The translations under genes were made by a program, and so were the position numbers. The notes under the pieces are model-generated. The model did no database searches. It worked only from the letters and a program-made list of their open reading frames with translations, and was not told the DNA's origin. This document shows positions 13,376 to 27,276 of a DNA stretch of 64,000 bases, one piece after another. Source of the stretch: Octopus sinensis. Taxonomy: Eukaryota. How positions within the stretch are numbered: the stretch's first letter is position 1; the number at the start of each line of letters is the position of its first letter. The DNA lies in NCBI RefSeq assembly GCF_006345805.1, contig NC_043001.1, positions 109,616,001 to 109,680,000 on the forward strand. Direction: 5' to 3'.

Positions 13376-13938
13376 ATTTCTTGGCCTTTTTCTAAAGAAT
13401 TTTCTGGGGTTTGCTAAGTACGGGAGAAGAAAGAAGAAATTTTCGGGGGGAAGAAGGGGAAGGTAAAGAGATGTGGCTTTTATATGGTAAGACTTGTTTT
13501 GTTCTTTATGTCCTTTTAGGGTAGGGGAGGAAAAAGAAGAGAAAGGAAAAAGGAGTTTTGTATTTGAATTGGTCAAGGTTTTAATTAAAAAACCCAGATG
13601 TTTTTGACTTTCCTCAGTACAAATTATAATTGTATTTCCAGGACTTGCTCTTTTGTATCCATTAAAGAATACTAGGATGGATGTGGTCAATTTTTTTATT
13701 GGAATTCTAGAAGAGTACTGAAGTAAGTCAAAAACCTTGACCAATTCAAATACAATTTTTTTTTCCTTTTTCTTCTTCACCCCCGTCCCACATTAAACGG
13801 CCACTAAGTACTAATAATTCTGACCATACAAAATCCACGCCCCTTTACCTCCATTTCCTTCTCAAAAAAAGTTATTTCTTCTTTCTTCTCTCTTGCGTGG
13901 CAAACCCCAGAAAATTCTTTATAAAAAGGCCAAGAAAT
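13376..13938. repeat. About 560-bp imperfect fold-back (arms about 240 bp)
   Basis: ATTTCTTGGCCTTTT...AAAGAATTTTCTGGGGTTTGC...GTATTTGAATTGGTCAAGGTTTT recurs in reverse complement. Identity is about 75% by eye, with many homopolymer-length differences. Confidence 0.75.
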
Positions 13939-13949
13939 ATATATATATA

Positions 13950-16740
13950 TAATGAAATTATTGTATACAGTGCTCAGGTGCACCACAACTTGTCAGAAAG
14001 TGCGTATAAAGTACATGCAGTAATGTAAAAATGTCTGGAAAGCGAACAATGTATAAGTCAGATACATGCTTGTGTGTGTATGGAGGGGAGAAAATCAGGT
14101 GTAGTGTTGGCGAATCTCAGAAAGCATGGAACTTTTGAAGGACGCAGTGCTCCGTCAACTAACAACTGATGCCGGCAGTTTGTTCCATGCTTCAGCAACA
14201 CTCAGCGTGAAAAACTGTTTCCTGAAGTCATGGGAGCTGTGCTGTTTTCTGACTTTGTAAATATGTCCACGGGTGTTAGATGGGTGGAGTTTGAAAAGGT
14301 GCTCAGAGTTATTGTTTGTACGATGGTTGATAATTTTATGGGTGTCTGCCAAGTCAGCTGCCAGACGTCGGAGTTTCAGTGTGTCCATGCCCAGGGAAGT
14401 AAGGCGTTTAGGATATGGCAAATGCCTGATGGAAGGTATTCTTTTGGTTGCACGTCGCTGAACGGCTTCCAGGTGAGGTCTTACCATAGCACTATAAAGC
14501 CGCAGATAGGTAGCCGGAGAGCGGCTCACAAAGGATTTGGTGAGTGATGCCAAGACACCCTCAGCCTTCTTGACAATTTTAGCAATGTGTTTTGTCCAAC
14601 ACAAATCACTGTCGACAATAACACCCAGGTCACGTTCACATGAAGACTTTTGTCCACAGCCAGCTTGAGTTGCCAGTCCATGATCCACTGCTGCATTGTG
14701 TCCAGGTCTGCTTGCAATAGAGATCTATAGTGTACAGGATTTGACCTCTTTATTTCAAGGTACAGCTTGATGTCATCTGCATATTTCAGCACTGTGGCAT
14801 TCTTTAAGTTGGCATCTATGTCATTAACATATGCAACAAATAACAGGGGGGGCAAGAACAGATCCCTGTGGTACACCAGATGTCATCTCATAGGGCGAAG
14901 AGTGCTGTCCTAGAACTGTGACAACCTTTTTCGGCCGAAATTAAAGGACTTCAACCAGTTATAGAGTTCGTCACTTACACCCAACGCAGAAAGCTTCACC
15001 ATAAGTCTTTTGTGTGGCACAGAGTTAAAAGCCTTAGCAAAGTCCAGGTAAACAACATCCACCCAGGATCCGCGATCAGTGATTTGGGTAACGTCCTCAA
15101 GAAACTCGATGAGTTGATTACAGCAGCTGGAGTTAGGAATAAATCCGAATTGTGACGGCTGGATGAGGCTGTGAGACTTCCAGAAGTTCCAGAGAGTTTC
15201 TCTGATACAGGATTCCATCAGTTTGGCGATGCAGCTAGTAAGACTGACGGGGCAATAGTTGACAAGCGATGTGCGGTCGCCTTTTTTGAACAGAGGGATG
15301 GCACTGGCAGTTTTCCACTGTTCTGGAGTAACACCATTGTCAAGACAGAATTGGAAGAATAGAGAAAGTTGGCTTAGAAGAAAGTACCCACCGCGTTTGA
15401 GAAGTAGGTATGTAACACCATCGAAACCAGGAGAGGCATAATTGCGTTTATTCTTAAGGTGGCGTTGCAGCATTGCTGGTGTAAATTGCATAGTAGATAT
15501 GGAGTCCGATGTCAGTGGTGATGAAGATGGAACATTTTGGTCTTCGACAGTAAAGATGCCGGCATAGCATCCAGCAATGATTTCTGCACATTCTTCGGGA
15601 TTGCCAGTAATCTGTCCTGTGTGGGGATTGCGAAGGGGACCAACTGGAGAGTGGGGTCTCTGCTTTGAGTGCACATACTTCCAGAACACTTTGCTGTCAG
15701 GGTTAACTGCAATGCGTTGTTCAAATTCAAGCACTGCCTTTTTTGTCACCTGCTTGAGGTGGTTGGCTGACCTATTGCGCTTTTTCCTGTTGCTCTCTGA
15801 TTTGTGCAATTTGTATTCCAGTTCAGCATTACGGCGCTCTTTCCTGGCAAGCCGGACTGCTGCAGTCTCCCAAATTGCACTATTGGGTGTTTTTTTGTGC
15901 TTGCGTGGTACTGATGCTGCACATGCTGCCCATATTGAATTCAGAATGTTCTGGAGTATAGTGTCCACATCTCCAGAGGCATAAAATTCGCGCCAGTTTG
16001 GGCGTTGCAGCTCAGTACAATAAGAGCTCCAGTTTGCTTTATTCCAGTCAAAGCGGGCAGTCTGAAGATGGTTGTGGTTTTTGTTACAACCAATCAGAGA
16101 CAAGTCCATGATCATGGAATGATCAGAGTCACCTAAAGGTTCTTCGGTAGTGACACTAATGATTGTTTCAGGAGAAGCGGTAAGTAGCAGATCCAAAGTG
16201 TTGTTACCCCTTGTGGGGAGGTAACAACTTGGGACCAATTTGAATTCAGCACCAGTTCAAGGAAATCGTCTGCACTTTGCGGCCAACGGAAGGCCTCCCA
16301 GTCAATCTCAGGGAAATTGAAGTCGCCCGCAATATACACATATGTGGCTGTTTTCATGGCAGCAGCTCTGAGGATATCAAAAAGCTGTGCGTCTTGGCGA
16401 TAATTTGGGGGGCGGTAAACGACTCCGAGCAGAAGTGTTGACATGGTCATGTTATTTCTTTATTGTTGACATGGTCATGTGTATATTGCAGAAAAATACT
16501 TCCTGCTGAGATTGGTTCAAATCATCACCGGGGATTGCCGATAGACTTGATCGAACATAAATCATCACACACCCTCCACGGCGATTAATGGGGTCTTTGC
16601 GGAACAGGTTGTAGCCGGCTATGCTGAAAACTCCATCACAGAGTGCAGAGTGTGCCCATGTTTCCATGTCTTTGATGAAATCTGGGTTGATACTTTTGAC
16701 GTAGGAGTCAAAAAGATATTTGAACCATTTTTTAATAAAT
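13950..16740 (-). mobile_element. CR1-clade LINE, 5'-truncated, with disrupted ORF2 (APE endonuclease + RT) and 3'UTR
   Basis: APE motifs: ETW, GYNLFRKD..RGGCVMIYVR, GVVYRPP, IAGDFNFPEIDW, PTRGNNTLDLLL. RT motifs: NYCPVSLTS, SQFGF, YLDFAKAFNSVPH, LKYADDIKLY. CR1 C-terminus: VRPHLE, LRRLAADL, NTRGH, AWNKLP. There are several frameshifts. The 3' end GTGGTGCACCTGAGCACTGTATACAATAATTTCATT runs into (TA)n. Confidence 0.95.
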
Positions 16741-17774
16741 CCGATAACGGAAGAAAGACATGAATGTAAATAAGATGTAAATAAATAAAAATATATATAT
16801 CATCATCCAACATGCTGATTACCTTATTATTCTAAATATACAATATCTGAAGTTTGATATAATTAAAAAAATAAACGCTGTTAAATGTAAACGAATATAC
16901 ATGAAGTATAAATTGAATTTAGTAATGTTGCTGTTTCAAACTATATGAAATGAGTCCAATAATGTTACTTATAATATATTCTCACCTAATTAAATATGTA
17001 TAGATGTAACACTGCATGCTTATTCAAACAGCACATTAATTATTGTTGTTTAGCGATCTATTTTGGATAATATTAAATATAAAAATAAACGTAGCGTATT
17101 AGCTTATATATATGCTAATTCAAATTATGAATTTCTTATTAAAATTAGGCTTTCAGTAATTGTGTTTCTACTGCGCCATTGTTTTACCTTGATTGTGCGC
17201 CTGAGATTATTGTTCATGTTGAATAAAATGTGCACGCTATTTAGCTCAGTATTAAAATTAGGATGATTAATTTTCAGTTACATTTAAAATTCGTCAATAA
17301 TCTTATCTACTCTCTAATTTCACTTTAAGATTTATATTTTATTCTCTCTGGATCATCAAGAAAAAAATTATCAATATGAACTTCAACTGGAATATTCAGT
17401 AATTTCATTTTAAAGATATTAGAATATTTAAGTTCACCATAATTGATGATAAAATATACTATTCTTAATTTACCAACATTCTCACAAAATATATCTAGAA
17501 AATTCAACAACAATTCTATTAAAAATTATATAGCTTGTGCCTCCTCCGCTCTGCTCATAGATTGTTAAAACCTTAGCAATGTTAATAGTGATAGAATATC
17601 TAACAAGTGATAAAATAAGTAGCCCTTTGTTAACGTGGTCCGTAAGATAGTAACGAATTAAAAATAATGCGTATGAAAGGATAAGATTTCTTACAGCGGT
17701 GCGCCGTCTTGCGCAAACAAGCGTAGCTTTAATATCAAGAGGTCAGCACGATTTTTTATGCACTATCACACAAA

Positions 17775-17973
17775 ATTCTTTTCTACTCTAGGCACAAGGC
17801 CAGAAGTTTTGGGAGGGAGGGGAACAGTCGATTAGATCGATCCCAGTACACAACTGATACTTAATTTATCGACCCCGAAAGGATGAAAAGCAATTTGAAC
17901 TCAGAACGTAAAGACAGACGGAATACCGCTTAGCATTTAGCCCGGCGTGCTAACGTTTCTGCCAGCTCGCCGC
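17775..17973 (-). mobile_element. SINE family A' flanked by about 110-bp direct repeats
   Basis: Full head and type-2 tail on the minus strand. The flanks 17661-17773 and 17980-18100 are about 85% identical. Confidence 0.85.
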
Positions 17974-19146
17974 TTAAAGAAAAATAATAATGCGTATGAA
18001 ATGATAAGATTTCTCACAGTAACACGTTGTCTTGCTATCGCAAACAAGTGCAGATTTAATATCAAGAGGTTAGCATGATTTTTTTAGCATTATCACACAA
18101 TATTACAAAGAAAATCCTGAATTTCTCTATAAGCCAAATGATAGACAAAAAAATAATACAATTAGAACAATCACAAACTAATTTGTAAATGCAAATAACA
18201 TTATAAAGAATACAGTAACTTATATATATTCAAAATTAACTACGTTACCTGTAGATAAAAAATAGACTCGTACCTAACTGTCAACAAACGCCTCAGTAAA
18301 CATATACAAACCGAAAATCACTTTCTCCAAACCTGTTCATGACACAATGTTAAAATATTCTGAATGTAAGATGGAGGTTAATTTTAAAGAAATATATATG
18401 AGTCATACACCTTCTTTCAGTTATATGGAAAATAAGAATTTAGAGAATATATTTAGTTACAACTCGCTTAGAAAGAACGTGCTATTGATTTCAACATCAA
18501 AGAGTATCTGCTTGGAGGAGATTAGATAAATACGGAAATCGAAAACGTGGTTGGTTTCTGTATCACTATGAAAAGACATTTTGAAAAATCAAATAAATTT
18601 CCCGACTGACAAAAGCAACATCTAATTTTTGAAAAGATACCGACACCTTCGTATGTATCAGCTGGAAACCGAATTTAGTATCACTCCAAACAAGTGGTAA
18701 GTAAATATACTATAATTCAAAAGCAAGTTATAACATAAATGAGTGCATATGTCCTATTCTGTTTCGACAACGCAAAGCACATTATACGCTTATGGCTAAA
18801 TATTATGGTGATATTGCAATTGTGTACAAATGTACGTGTGTGTCTATAATACAAATGAAATTATCGCTGTATATGCTAGTTAACAATACTAAACATATTC
18901 AAACATTATGGGAATATTTCTGCATTTATTTCATCCTTGTGTCAATTAAAATAATTTTGTTTTATTTTCATTTGTTTCCAATTAAAATGATTTTATTTTC
19001 ACGTGTTTCTTTTCAACGGTTGCATTTAAATGTCTCCATTTCCCCCATTCTCCAGATTTGGTTCCTTTGTCACTCTTGCTTTCCATCATTAGTGGCTCTT
19101 CATGGGGAAAGGAACGAGAGAATTACATACATACATACATTCATAC

Positions 19147-19205
<59 letters not shown>

Positions 19206-20369
19206 TACACGCACATTACACACACACATATATATATATGTCAACTCCGAGGCATCAGACTCAGCAATGACATCCCAGTTTTGCGTCATTTCAACTTTTA
19301 AAAATAGTACATTTTTGCCCTATTTTTAGATTTAATTTTTTTTATATTTGCATTATTTGGTTGACATGTGTAAAATGGCATTGTGTTAAAGGCCAAAATT
19401 TTAGCTTTCATTTGCATCATGAACCGTCAAAATATATCAGAAAAAAGTATCAAATTTCACAAAATTTTAAGTAATTTTGGATTATTTTTGTGATTTTACG
19501 TGCACGCGTAAGTGAAAGCGGGGGAGAGTTCGAGAAAAAGGAAGAGTAAGAGAGTGGGAAAGTGAGAGAGAAACAAAGAGGGAGACTGTGGCGATAAGAA
19601 ACAGAAAGGAAGCAACAGAAAGTAACAACCACACTCTCACCCACGCGTAGAGCGGTTCACCTTAAGCTAGTTGCTTATAATGGAAAGTAGACAAATGAAA
19701 AACTGGAATGTATACAATATATTGAAGAAAGATTAATGAGAGACATCTGCATTGAAAGTGACAGGAAATATAAACGAAAGTTAGACAGGTGAAGAGAACT
19801 TCAAATAAAAAAGAATAGAGGAAGTAGATATAAGAAGTATTTGGCATTTATATGGATATGGATACTTTGAAATGTGCACTCACATATAAACTGATACTGT
19901 TATCGGAGAAAAAATCATGAGACAGCTAAATAAAGAATAAACTTATATACATCTAAAAATATCGCTCCAAGAAATTAAGAGGAGTCAGTAGAGAAGTGAA
20001 GGCAGAGGCAAGTAAATATTTTATCCCTGGACGTAGATTAAAAAGAGAGGTATTTTTAAGACACTGATGAAGAAGACGGAGTGTAAATAAAAGGTTGAAA
20101 GAGCAAATGTACAATCAAATAAAAAGAAGAAATGAGAAACTGGTTGAGATGTATATTTAATGACGATATTGCGAATAACTCAGATTTGTACTTAACGAAA
20201 TCAAATAAAGTGACCCAGAAAAGTGAATAGGGAAACCAGATTCAAGTTTTCTTCCGAATTGTGAGACGAAAAACTAGCTTAACAAAAATCTGAAATCTGT
20301 TTATGATATGCCTTTCAGCAACACTTAACAAATAAAGAGCTGTTAATATTATGGTGTGGCTTATTCTGC

Positions 20370-20553
20370 CGAGGTCGACTTTGCCTTTTATCATTTCGGG
20401 ATCGATGAAATAAGTTCCAGTTGAGCACTAATCAACTAGCTCCCATCATCGAAATTGCTGGCCCTGTGCCAATACTTGAAACTGATATTATGTGACTTAG
20501 GAAGAAAAACATTATTAAAACTGATTATTATCATTATCATCATCATCATCATC

Positions 20554-20592
<39 letters not shown>

Positions 20593-21140
20593 ATTATTAT
20601 TATTATTATTATTCAGTGGCGAGTTGGCAGAATCGTTAGCACGCCGGGCAAAAAGCTCGGCAACATTTTGCCCGTCTTTACGATCTGAGTTCAAATACCA
20701 CTGGGGTAGACTTTGTCTTCTATCGTTTTAGGGTCATGAAATAAGTATCAGTTGAGTACTGGGGTTATCTAATCGACTATTCCCTTCCCCAAATTTCGGG
20801 CCTTGTGCCTATAGTAGAAAAGATTATTATTATTATTATTATTATTGTTATTATTATTGTTGTTATTATTATTATTGTTGTTGTTGTTGTTGCTGTTGCT
20901 GTTGTTGTTGCTGTTGTTGTCGTTGTCTTTGTTGTTCTTAAGGCGGACAAATTGCTTAGCTGCATTTCTTCCGATTTTACATTCTATGCTCAAATGCTAC
21001 CGAGGTCGAATTCGCCTTCCATCCTTTCGGGATCGGTCAAATAAGTACATATTGAACACTAGGGTCAATGAAATCGACTTACCCCGCCCCACGCCTCCTA
21101 TGAAATTTCTGGCCTTGTGTCATAATTTGAAAGCATTATT
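20370..21140 (+). mobile_element. Cluster of three SINE A' copies with (ATT)n/(GTT)n tails
   Basis: Core motif near 20390, 20710 and 21005, each followed by a type-2 tail. The first two run into long triplet microsatellites. Confidence 0.75.
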
Positions 21141-22080
21141 ATTCTTAAATGATCTGCTATGTGCATATGATGACCATCGGGCCTCTGTCTGCCGAATAAA
21201 AGCAAGAAACGCGATACACAATTTTTTGGTTCAAGCATTAGTTGATCAAATCAGCATCTTAGTTTCTGCAATAACAAATCCCAACCTTCACCATTTTGAA
21301 TTAAATTGGTGTTGTTTCGGTCCTCTATCTGTAATTTCGATCTCCAAGTTTACATAAATTACTAAATTTCAATTCTATTTTTAGCATTTGTTCCCCTGTC
21401 AAGTTAACCCCAACAGATCCATATTATCATGATTGGATGTGTATTGGTAACGACAGTATACTTGAAGAATCGCTAGAGCAATGGTCAAAATTATTTATTT
21501 CATTTAATTCCTGCATATTACTCTAATTTCAAATGTTTAGTAAGTTAACTTTGAATTTCAGACCTTGGAATTTCATTTAGTACTAATCAGAGATCGATAT
21601 CATAAACGAATTATTCCCCACCAATAATACAAACAATAAAATCAACTTGATTGTTTGCTGAAATCATAAAAATTATTCTGCATTCATTGGAGGAAATTTT
21701 CACTTAGCTTTCATTAAATATCTGCTGATATTTTGCATCTTATTTTTATGCCCCCTAATGTGTACTAAATAAAGAAAGATTCCCAAGTGAATATGCTAGC
21801 ATCAGCCAAAAGCAATCAAAAGCCATGTTTTTTCCAAATCGTTTACTATTTCAAAACGCTAATTATTCAAACAAATGAGAAAATAATAGGATACGTTATC
21901 TTATGGACAAGAATAATCCATCTTAGAATGGCGGACATATTTTTTCCATAATGTAAAAGAAATTAAATATCAATATATTCGTCTTTATAAAGACAAATGC
22001 ATGTCCAGATACCATGTCCTACTTCCGCGACAGGATAATCATCCAACAGAATGGCGATCGATAACCTGCATAATTTGGAT

Positions 22081-22690
22081 TTTCAGTTTTGGCACACGAC
22101 CAGCAAGTTCAGGTGAGGGGTAGTCGATTGCATTGACCCCGGTTTTCAGTTGGTATGTTTTATCGACTTCTAAACTTTAGAGGTCGAAAACATAAATACC
22201 AGTTGAGCACTGGGGCCGATGTAATCGACTTAACCCGTCCATTGAAATCGCTGGCCTTATGCCAAAATTTGAAGCCAGTTTCATTTAGCTTTAAGGCGGT
22301 AAGCTGGCAGAAACTTTAACACGTCCGGTGAAATGCTTAGCGGTATTTCGTCTGCCGTTACGTTCTGAGTTCAAATTCCGCCGAGGTCGACTTTACCTTT
22401 CATCCTTTCGGGGTCGATTAAATAAGTACCAGTTACGTACTGGGTCGATATAATCGGCTTAATCCATTTGTCTGTCCTTGTTTATCCTCTCTGTGTTTAG
22501 CCCCTTGTGGGTAGTAAAGAAATAAGAATCTTTAACACGCCGGATAAAAATTTCTTAGTATTTCGTCCGTCTTTACGTTCTGAGTTCGACCTTGCCTTTC
22601 ATCATTTCGGGAGCGCCGGGGTCGATAAAATATGTACCAATTGTACAATCAACTACCCGTCCCCGATCTTGCAGGCCGTGGGCCAAAATT
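22081..22690. mobile_element. SINE A/A' cluster: fold-back pair of A' halves, then an A unit nested in an A' copy
   Basis: 22081-22172 (-) and 22178-22272 (+) are inverted. 22293-22524 is a type-1 unit joined at AAATA|AGAATC (22525) to an A' remainder. Confidence 0.8.
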
Positions 22691-23448
22691 GGAAATCAAA
22701 TTATATGGTTCTGTCAATGTCATATATAATACCAAATGACAAGATTTTGTTGCATTTTGTCATCATCGCTGCTTGTGTCCATCGTCTATCAGATTTACCT
22801 TGTAACGGTCAGATTTATTTAGCTCTGTGTAGTTACTGGAATGGCATAAATCCATCATTCTAAGTAAAAACAAACTGAAATAGAAGAATGATATATTGAC
22901 TTGTTGTACCGGATAGGAAATCAGAGAAGATAAACCCCCAGAGAATTGGAGTTTATGTAATTGGCAGGAACTTTCCTTGATAATCTAGGATTACAAGAAA
23001 TTGATATTTTTGATTATCTAAAATCCCTGCGTCATTAAATCGGAATTCTGTAACAAGTTGTATCGTTTAAAATAATATGATACGTGAGAAGAATGTTGAA
23101 AATATATCTGTCTTTCAAATCGTTTTATCTACAAAACATAGGTCTACTGGATATGGCACGTATTGTCATAATCCTCGTAGGCTGTAATTTTCATTTGTAA
23201 ACATTAGTTCCTCTTAGATTTTAATGCCTTTGCGAAACCTACCAATGCCAGACATTCTCATTATTACTTTCGTATATTTCCCAAGGAAGACATGATTTAA
23301 TACAAATTATGTGAAGACTGTAGAAAAGGAATTCAATATGAACTAGATCAAAGATGTGTAAACTACATGATTAGCGTTGTGTGTGTGTGTGTTTCGTGAA
23401 GTAAATTGATTCGTCTCTGTATACATCGATATCTTTATACACGCTTAT

Positions 23449-23600
23449 ATGTGTGGTCTGATCAATAAGTTTGCGGACTGTTGTTAAAGTAACGAAACTA
23501 AAGCACGCAGAGTAAAGACGCTTGGCACAAATTGACCTTGAATACAGCTGTGCATGCGCACTAAGTTTTAGTGTTCTAGCTCGCTTTCACTCTTTACAGC
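23449..23600 (+). mobile_element. Mariner-like terminal fragment
   Basis: TA followed by TGTGGTCTGATCAATAAGTTTGCGGACTG resembles a mariner TIR. No transposase follows and no partner TIR was found. Confidence 0.5.
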
Positions 23601-23883
23601 ACTAGCGACAAATATTACTCAGTGTCTACTCTTCTCCAACATTAACAAGAGAGATTTGCTCAGTCTAAATAGTATTCTTGCCAAATAAAATATATTCAAC
23701 ATCTAAACTTAGATGAAAATAAACTTATGCTGCTTTCCAGCCCCCAGTATAAAATATTTCAGACCAGTCTCTTATTTTGTGGACAGTATTTTTACGTCGG
23801 TATGTCGCTTCTATGAAATTTATCGTTTGTGACTACAATAATTACAGTACAATTATATTTAATTTTGATAAAAATTCGGTCAT

Positions 23884-23928
<45 letters not shown>

Positions 23929-24778
23929 AACAACAACAACAACAGGTCATTTGTTTAATCGTAAAATAATACGTCTGTGTTTTACAGTTTCGTAAACTAG
24001 ACGCGTATCATATCGCAAGGATAATACAATTAACATTTTATTAAATTTTTTTTTTCAAAATATAATAAATTCACTTTTTATTCTTCCAAAATGTATTCAT
24101 TATCAATTTATGAAATTCATATCCACATTTTTAATGCTATTAAATTAATAGCGGTGTAATTAGATTTTATATTTTATAAGTTAGATCTTACTGTGCAAGA
24201 GAGAATTTCATTGTATGAAACGAACGTCGGTGTTAAACTTTCATATTTAGAAATTCTGTCGGCATATTGATATGAATATTATCCCCAAATGATACTTCAG
24301 TTATATGAGGTGTAAATCTCAGAAAGCAAGTATTTCGTGTGGTATTCTAAAGCTACATTCCAGATTTCTTGATCTCAGCTTGCTTGTCAACCACAAGTTT
24401 CCGGGCTCAGTCCCACTGCAGGGCCCCTTGGGCAAGTGTCTTCTGCTATAGCCTCCAAATATAGATACCAAATGAAAATTGTCAAAGTGTAGCACAACGG
24501 TTTAGTATTTTCAAAAGTGTAGTAAGTCCCATATACGACAGTTTTGCAAAAATATTTCTGACTGAAAATATCATACATGCATGGAGTTACGATTTTATGA
24601 ACCGAACAAAGTATTATCGTTGAGTTGAAACTGTGCTAATTTATAAAGAAATGGAATGGTGAAACTAGTTTTCGTTTTCTGAAAAAGCAACGTTTTGGAC
24701 TTACGATAATTTTGCATAATAGCAATGACACATACTTACATACGTATATGCACACATACATACACACACACACACACA

Positions 24779-24852
<74 letters not shown>

Positions 24853-25268
24853 CGTGTAGGTATGTGGTAAGAAGCTTGCTTCCCAACCACATGGTTCCGG
24901 GTTTACTCCCACTACGTGGCATATTAGGCAAGTGTCTTCTTCTATAGCCTTGCGCCGACTAAAGCTTTGTGAGTGGATTTGGCAGAGGGTAACTGATAGA
25001 AGGCCGTCGTATATGTGTATATATATTTATATATGTGTATGTTTGCGCGTGTATGTATGTGTGTGTGTGTAGTTGTGTGTCCGAGTTTATCCCTCCACCA
25101 TTGCTTAACAACAGATGCCGGTGTGTTTACGTACCCGTAATGTAGCGGTTCGACAAAAGCGACCGATAGAATAAGTACAAGGCCTACAAAAGAATAAGTC
25201 CCGATTTGTTCGACTACAGGCGGTGCTCCAGTCTGGCCGCAGTCAACTGACTGAAATAAGTAAAAAAA
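24853..25268 (+). mobile_element. SINE family B with internal (TA)/(TG) microsatellite
   Basis: Head GTGTGGTAAG...GGTTCCGGGTT..CCCACT, CORE-like TTGGGCAAGTGTCTT segment, central microsatellite and 3' GGCGGTGCTCCAG...GACTGAAA. Confidence 0.88.
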
Positions 25269-25326
25269 TGCACACACACATACACACAAACACACACACA
25301 CACACACACCACACACACACACACAC

Positions 25327-25382
<56 letters not shown>

Positions 25383-25477
25383 TGCGTATATATATTCTTT
25401 CACTTGTTTCAGTATTATATGCATATATATATGGGCAGTCATCTAACAGATTTTGCTCTTCATGGTGCTGACATAAG

Positions 25478-25576
25478 TTCCTTGTCTTTTCTGATGAGAT
25501 GGCGGGATAATGCACCCTTTATTCCTTCAGAATTAGGAATATGCAGCCTTCGAAACATGTGTCGAGAGTCAAGGAA
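25478..25576 (+). ncRNA. Type-I hammerhead ribozyme with intact core and predicted GUC cleavage after C25563
   Basis: Stem I TTCCTTGTCTTTT/GAGAGTCAAGGAA pairs 12 of 13, including two G.U. The core is CTGATGA (25491-97). Stem II GATGGC/GCCTTC has the canonical G10.1-C11.1 pair and an inner ATTCCT/AGGAAT hairpin. GAAA is at 25552-55 and stem III is ACA-TG-TGT, then C17. Confidence 0.85.
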
Positions 25577-26820
25577 TTTTGTTAAAATCGTCGTTCGACT
25601 CCATTCTTTCATTTATTCATATATATATATATATATATTTATACAATTGGTGTGTGTGTGTATGTGTGCATGTTGGAATGTTGTGGATGTATAGCACCTG
25701 TGAGACTGAAAGCTATACCAACCTCCACGAATTGGACATCACTGCATAGTACCGAAACATCTTACGTTTCAAAGTCCCACAAATTTTCTATAAAGCCAAA
25801 TTTCTGCAGAGATCCACAAGGCGTAGTTATAGTTGTTTTGAGAAACATAATTGAGAAGATTGTTTATTGGAGATGTTAGCTGAACTCACATCATGACGAG
25901 AAATGCAAATACGACTGCCACCGTTGTGAAAGTCACATATTCAACACAAGCAATTAATCGACGAGTTTAGAAGTGAAATTAAATAAAGTAGCAATCACAC
26001 GACAAAAATATTTGTTTAATTGGAGGAACACTTAATATTATAACAAAAGAGATGTGTACGATATTTTTAGGGTTAGATGTAGATCAGTAAAGAATAGCCT
26101 CTTGATGTTCGCATGTACACAGAGTATATTGTTGGGCTTGCTTTCTGATTTCAAATGATAAAAATATATGGAGTAGTTCAGATAAAAGTATTTGTCAAAT
26201 AAATATAAATGAGTGAAAACGCAAAACTATCAGGAAAATCTCTTGCAAGCTGTAATATATGAAAAAGATTACGGTAAAATACAATTTAACAATATTTGTC
26301 GAGAGAAAATGTGAACTCGTGACAATAAACAAAATCAGCTTTTTATGAGTATCAGAAAGCACGAAAGTTATATTGATGCTGTATGTTACTCAGCAAAAAA
26401 AAATATAAATAAATATAAAAAAAATACAATCCATTCACAAGGAAATGACTTTGGGAAGAAGATGTCATTTTAGTGAAATCCACCGAATTTATTGATATGC
26501 TTATCTGGATATAATGAACATTTCTGAAGATTCCTTGAAAATGCAGCATCATTCAGAGAACGGAAAATCTAATACTACACGACCTTATAGAAACTGTCTC
26601 ATATGCTATGATTGATGATTTTCTTTCTCATTTTTTTTTTTTTTTGGTAAGAGATAAAATATCTAAAATAAAATTTCTGTAATGCTGGACGAAACCATTG
26701 TAATTTCAAATTCATTTCAGTTGGCATATGTGCTTTGCTATTTACTAGATAATGTCTATCAATACAGTTCTATAGTTAAGAGATGAAGAATTACGTTCAC
26801 TATTTACATTATTTACCTCG

Positions 26821-26873
<53 letters not shown>

Positions 26874-26899
26874 ATATATATACACACATATATATATAC

Positions 26900-26938
<39 letters not shown>

Positions 26939-26942
26939 ACAT

Positions 26943-27043
<101 letters not shown>

Positions 27044-27276
27044 GAGTGTGTGTGTGTTTCCAGCAAAGGCTCTGACGAAGGTATCATTAATTTGGTTCGG
27101 TCTTACAATATACCTCATTGAACTAATAGACCAGTTGTGTAAACCTGTCTATAATGGCTACTGGAAACAACTGTAAGACAAATTTGCTACAATAAAGGAA
27201 TTATATGTAATAACCTTTATTTTAACTTGTCTTTTACATATGTATATATAAGGCATTCGTCGATGTTGTAGTTACT

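Noticed and set aside
22000-22070. Minus-strand peptide LSIAILLDDYPVAEVGH after a cag acceptor
   Set aside because: No family was recognised, the donor is weak, and such short frames arise by chance.
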